From Mobula hypostoma (Eukaryota): a stretch of 64,000 nucleotides of DNA. Position numbers and translations under genes: made by a program. The notes below the pieces were generated by a model, which had not been told where the DNA came from, made no database searches, and was given only the letters and a program-made list of their open reading frames with translations. The stretch is taken from assembly GCF_963921235.1 (NCBI RefSeq), contig NC_086097.1:134170001-134234000 (forward strand), written 5' to 3'. Positions 62,390 through 64,000 of this stretch are shown piece after piece (the first letter of the stretch is position 1; each line of letters opens with the position of its first letter).

Positions 62390-62863
62390 AACACCATATT
62401 CAAGTTTTCTGATGACACCGCTATTGTGGGACATATCTGAGGTGGTGATGACCCAGCATACAAGAGGGTGATTGAAAATCTGGCTGAGTGGTGTCAGAGC
62501 AACAACCTCTCATTCAATGTCAGCAAGACCAAGGAACTGATTGTAGACTTCACGAGAGGGAAAGCAGAGGTCCATGAGCCAGTCCTCACTGGACGATCAG
62601 AGTTGGAGAGGGTTAGCAACTTCAAATTCCTGGGTGTTACTATTTCAGAGGATCTGTCCTGGATTGGCACGTGAGTGTAATTGCGAAGAAAGCGTGGCAG
62701 CACCTCTACTTCCTTAGGAGTTTGCGGAGATTCAGTATCACATCAAAAACTTTGACAAACTTCTGTAGATGTGTAGTGAAGAGTGAATTGACTGGCTGCA
62801 CTGCGGCTGGATTGGAAAGGTACAGGATACAGCCCAGTACATCACAGGCAAAGCCCTCCCAAC
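62390..62863 (+). mobile_element. Rex/Babar-type LINE RT C-terminal fragment
   Basis: KFSDDTAIVG; ORFs 62468-62674 (WCQSNNLSFNVSKTKELIVDF, FKFLGV) and 62671-62868. Confidence 0.85.
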
Positions 62864-64000
62864 CATAGAACATAGAACATAGAATAGTACAGCACAGTAC
62901 AGGCCCTTCGGCCCACAATGTTGTGCCGACCCTCAAACCCTGCATCCCAAATAAGCCCCCACCTTAAATTCCTCCATATACCTGTCTAGTAGTCTCTTAA
63001 ACTTCACTAGTGTATCTGCCTCCACCACTGACTCAGGCAGTGCATTCCATGCACCAACCACTCTCTGAGTAAAAAACCTTCCTCTAATATCCCCCTTGAA
63101 CTTCCCACCCCTTACCTTAAAGCCATGTCCTCTTGTATTGAACAGTGGTGCCCTGGGGAAGAGACGCTGGCTGTCCACTCTATCTACTCCTCTTATTATC
63201 TTGTACATCTCTATCATGTCTCCTCTCATCCTCCTTCTCTCCAAAGAGTAAAGCCCTAGCTCCCTTAATCTCTGATCATAATGCATACTTTCTAAACCAG
63301 GCAGCATCCTGGTAAATCTCCTCTGTACCCTTTCCAATGCTTCCACATCCTTCCTATAGTGAGGTGACCAGAACTGGACACCATACTCCAGGTGTGGTCT
63401 AACCTGAGTTTTATAGAGCTGCATCATTACCTCGTGACTCTTAAACTCTATCCCTCGACTTATGAAAGCTAACACCCCATAAGCTTTCTTAACTACCCTA
63501 TCGACCTGTGAGGCAACTTTCAGGGATCTGTGAACATGTACCCCGAGATCCCTCTGCTCCTCCACACTACCAAGTATCCTGCCATTTACTTTGTACTCTG
63601 CCTTGGAGTTTGTCCTTCCAAAGTGTACCACCTCACACTTCTCCGGGTTGAACTCCATCAGCCCACTTCTGCATCTTATCAATGTCTCTCTGCAATCTTT
63701 GACAATCCTCTACACTATCTACAACACCACCAACCTTGGTGTCGTCTGCAAACTTGCCAACCCACCCTTCTACCCCTACATCCAGGTCGTTAATAAAAAT
63801 CACGAAAAGTAGACGTCCCAGAACAGATCCTTGTGGGACACCACTAGTCACAATCCTCCAATCTGAGTGTACTCCCTCCACCACCACCCTCTGCCTTCTG
63901 CAGGCAAGCCAATTCTGAATCCATCTGGCCAAACTTCCCTGGATCCCATGCCTTCTAACTTTCTGAATAAGCCTACTGTGTGGAACCTTGTCGAATGCCT
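62864..64000 (-). mobile_element. Young CR1 LINE, 3' part, running off the window
   Basis: ORFs 63633-63932 (SGVPQGSVLG, FADDTK) and 62933-63682 are joined by one frameshift; (catagaa)n tail at 62864-62886. Confidence 0.95.

Noticed and set aside
62933..63932. Active, intact reverse transcriptase gene
   Set aside because: A frameshift near 63660 splits the CR1 ORF2 and the element is cut by the window edge.

Overview
Repeat-dominated vertebrate genomic DNA, most likely intronic or intergenic sequence from a cartilaginous fish. That assignment is inferred from the mix of CR1, L2, Rex/Babar, V-SINE, DeuSINE and Penelope repeats. I could not identify any intact host protein-coding gene. Most of the window is a nested stack of transposons: near full-length and truncated CR1 LINEs, an old L2, two complete Gypsy LTR elements, many Penelope-like fragments with long target-site duplications, a Chapaev3 transposon, hAT/Charlie elements and MITEs, and tRNA-derived SINEs. 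Three things stand out. (1) A complete non-autonomous Gypsy element (5891-9986) carries an intronless piece of a sarcomeric myosin heavy chain rod, MYH16-like by my recall, fused in frame into its integrase tail. (2) A second Gypsy element (41368-45868) has no tRNA primer site but has a perfect 16-nt complement to its own LTR poly(A) signal, suggesting self-priming or poly(A) masking, and its RT motif is YLDN. (3) The Penelope-derived repeats carry minimal hammerhead ribozyme motifs. A repeat-free island at about 22.0-24.6 kb holds a candidate minus-strand exon. All family assignments are by eye and by recall of motifs, not by database search.
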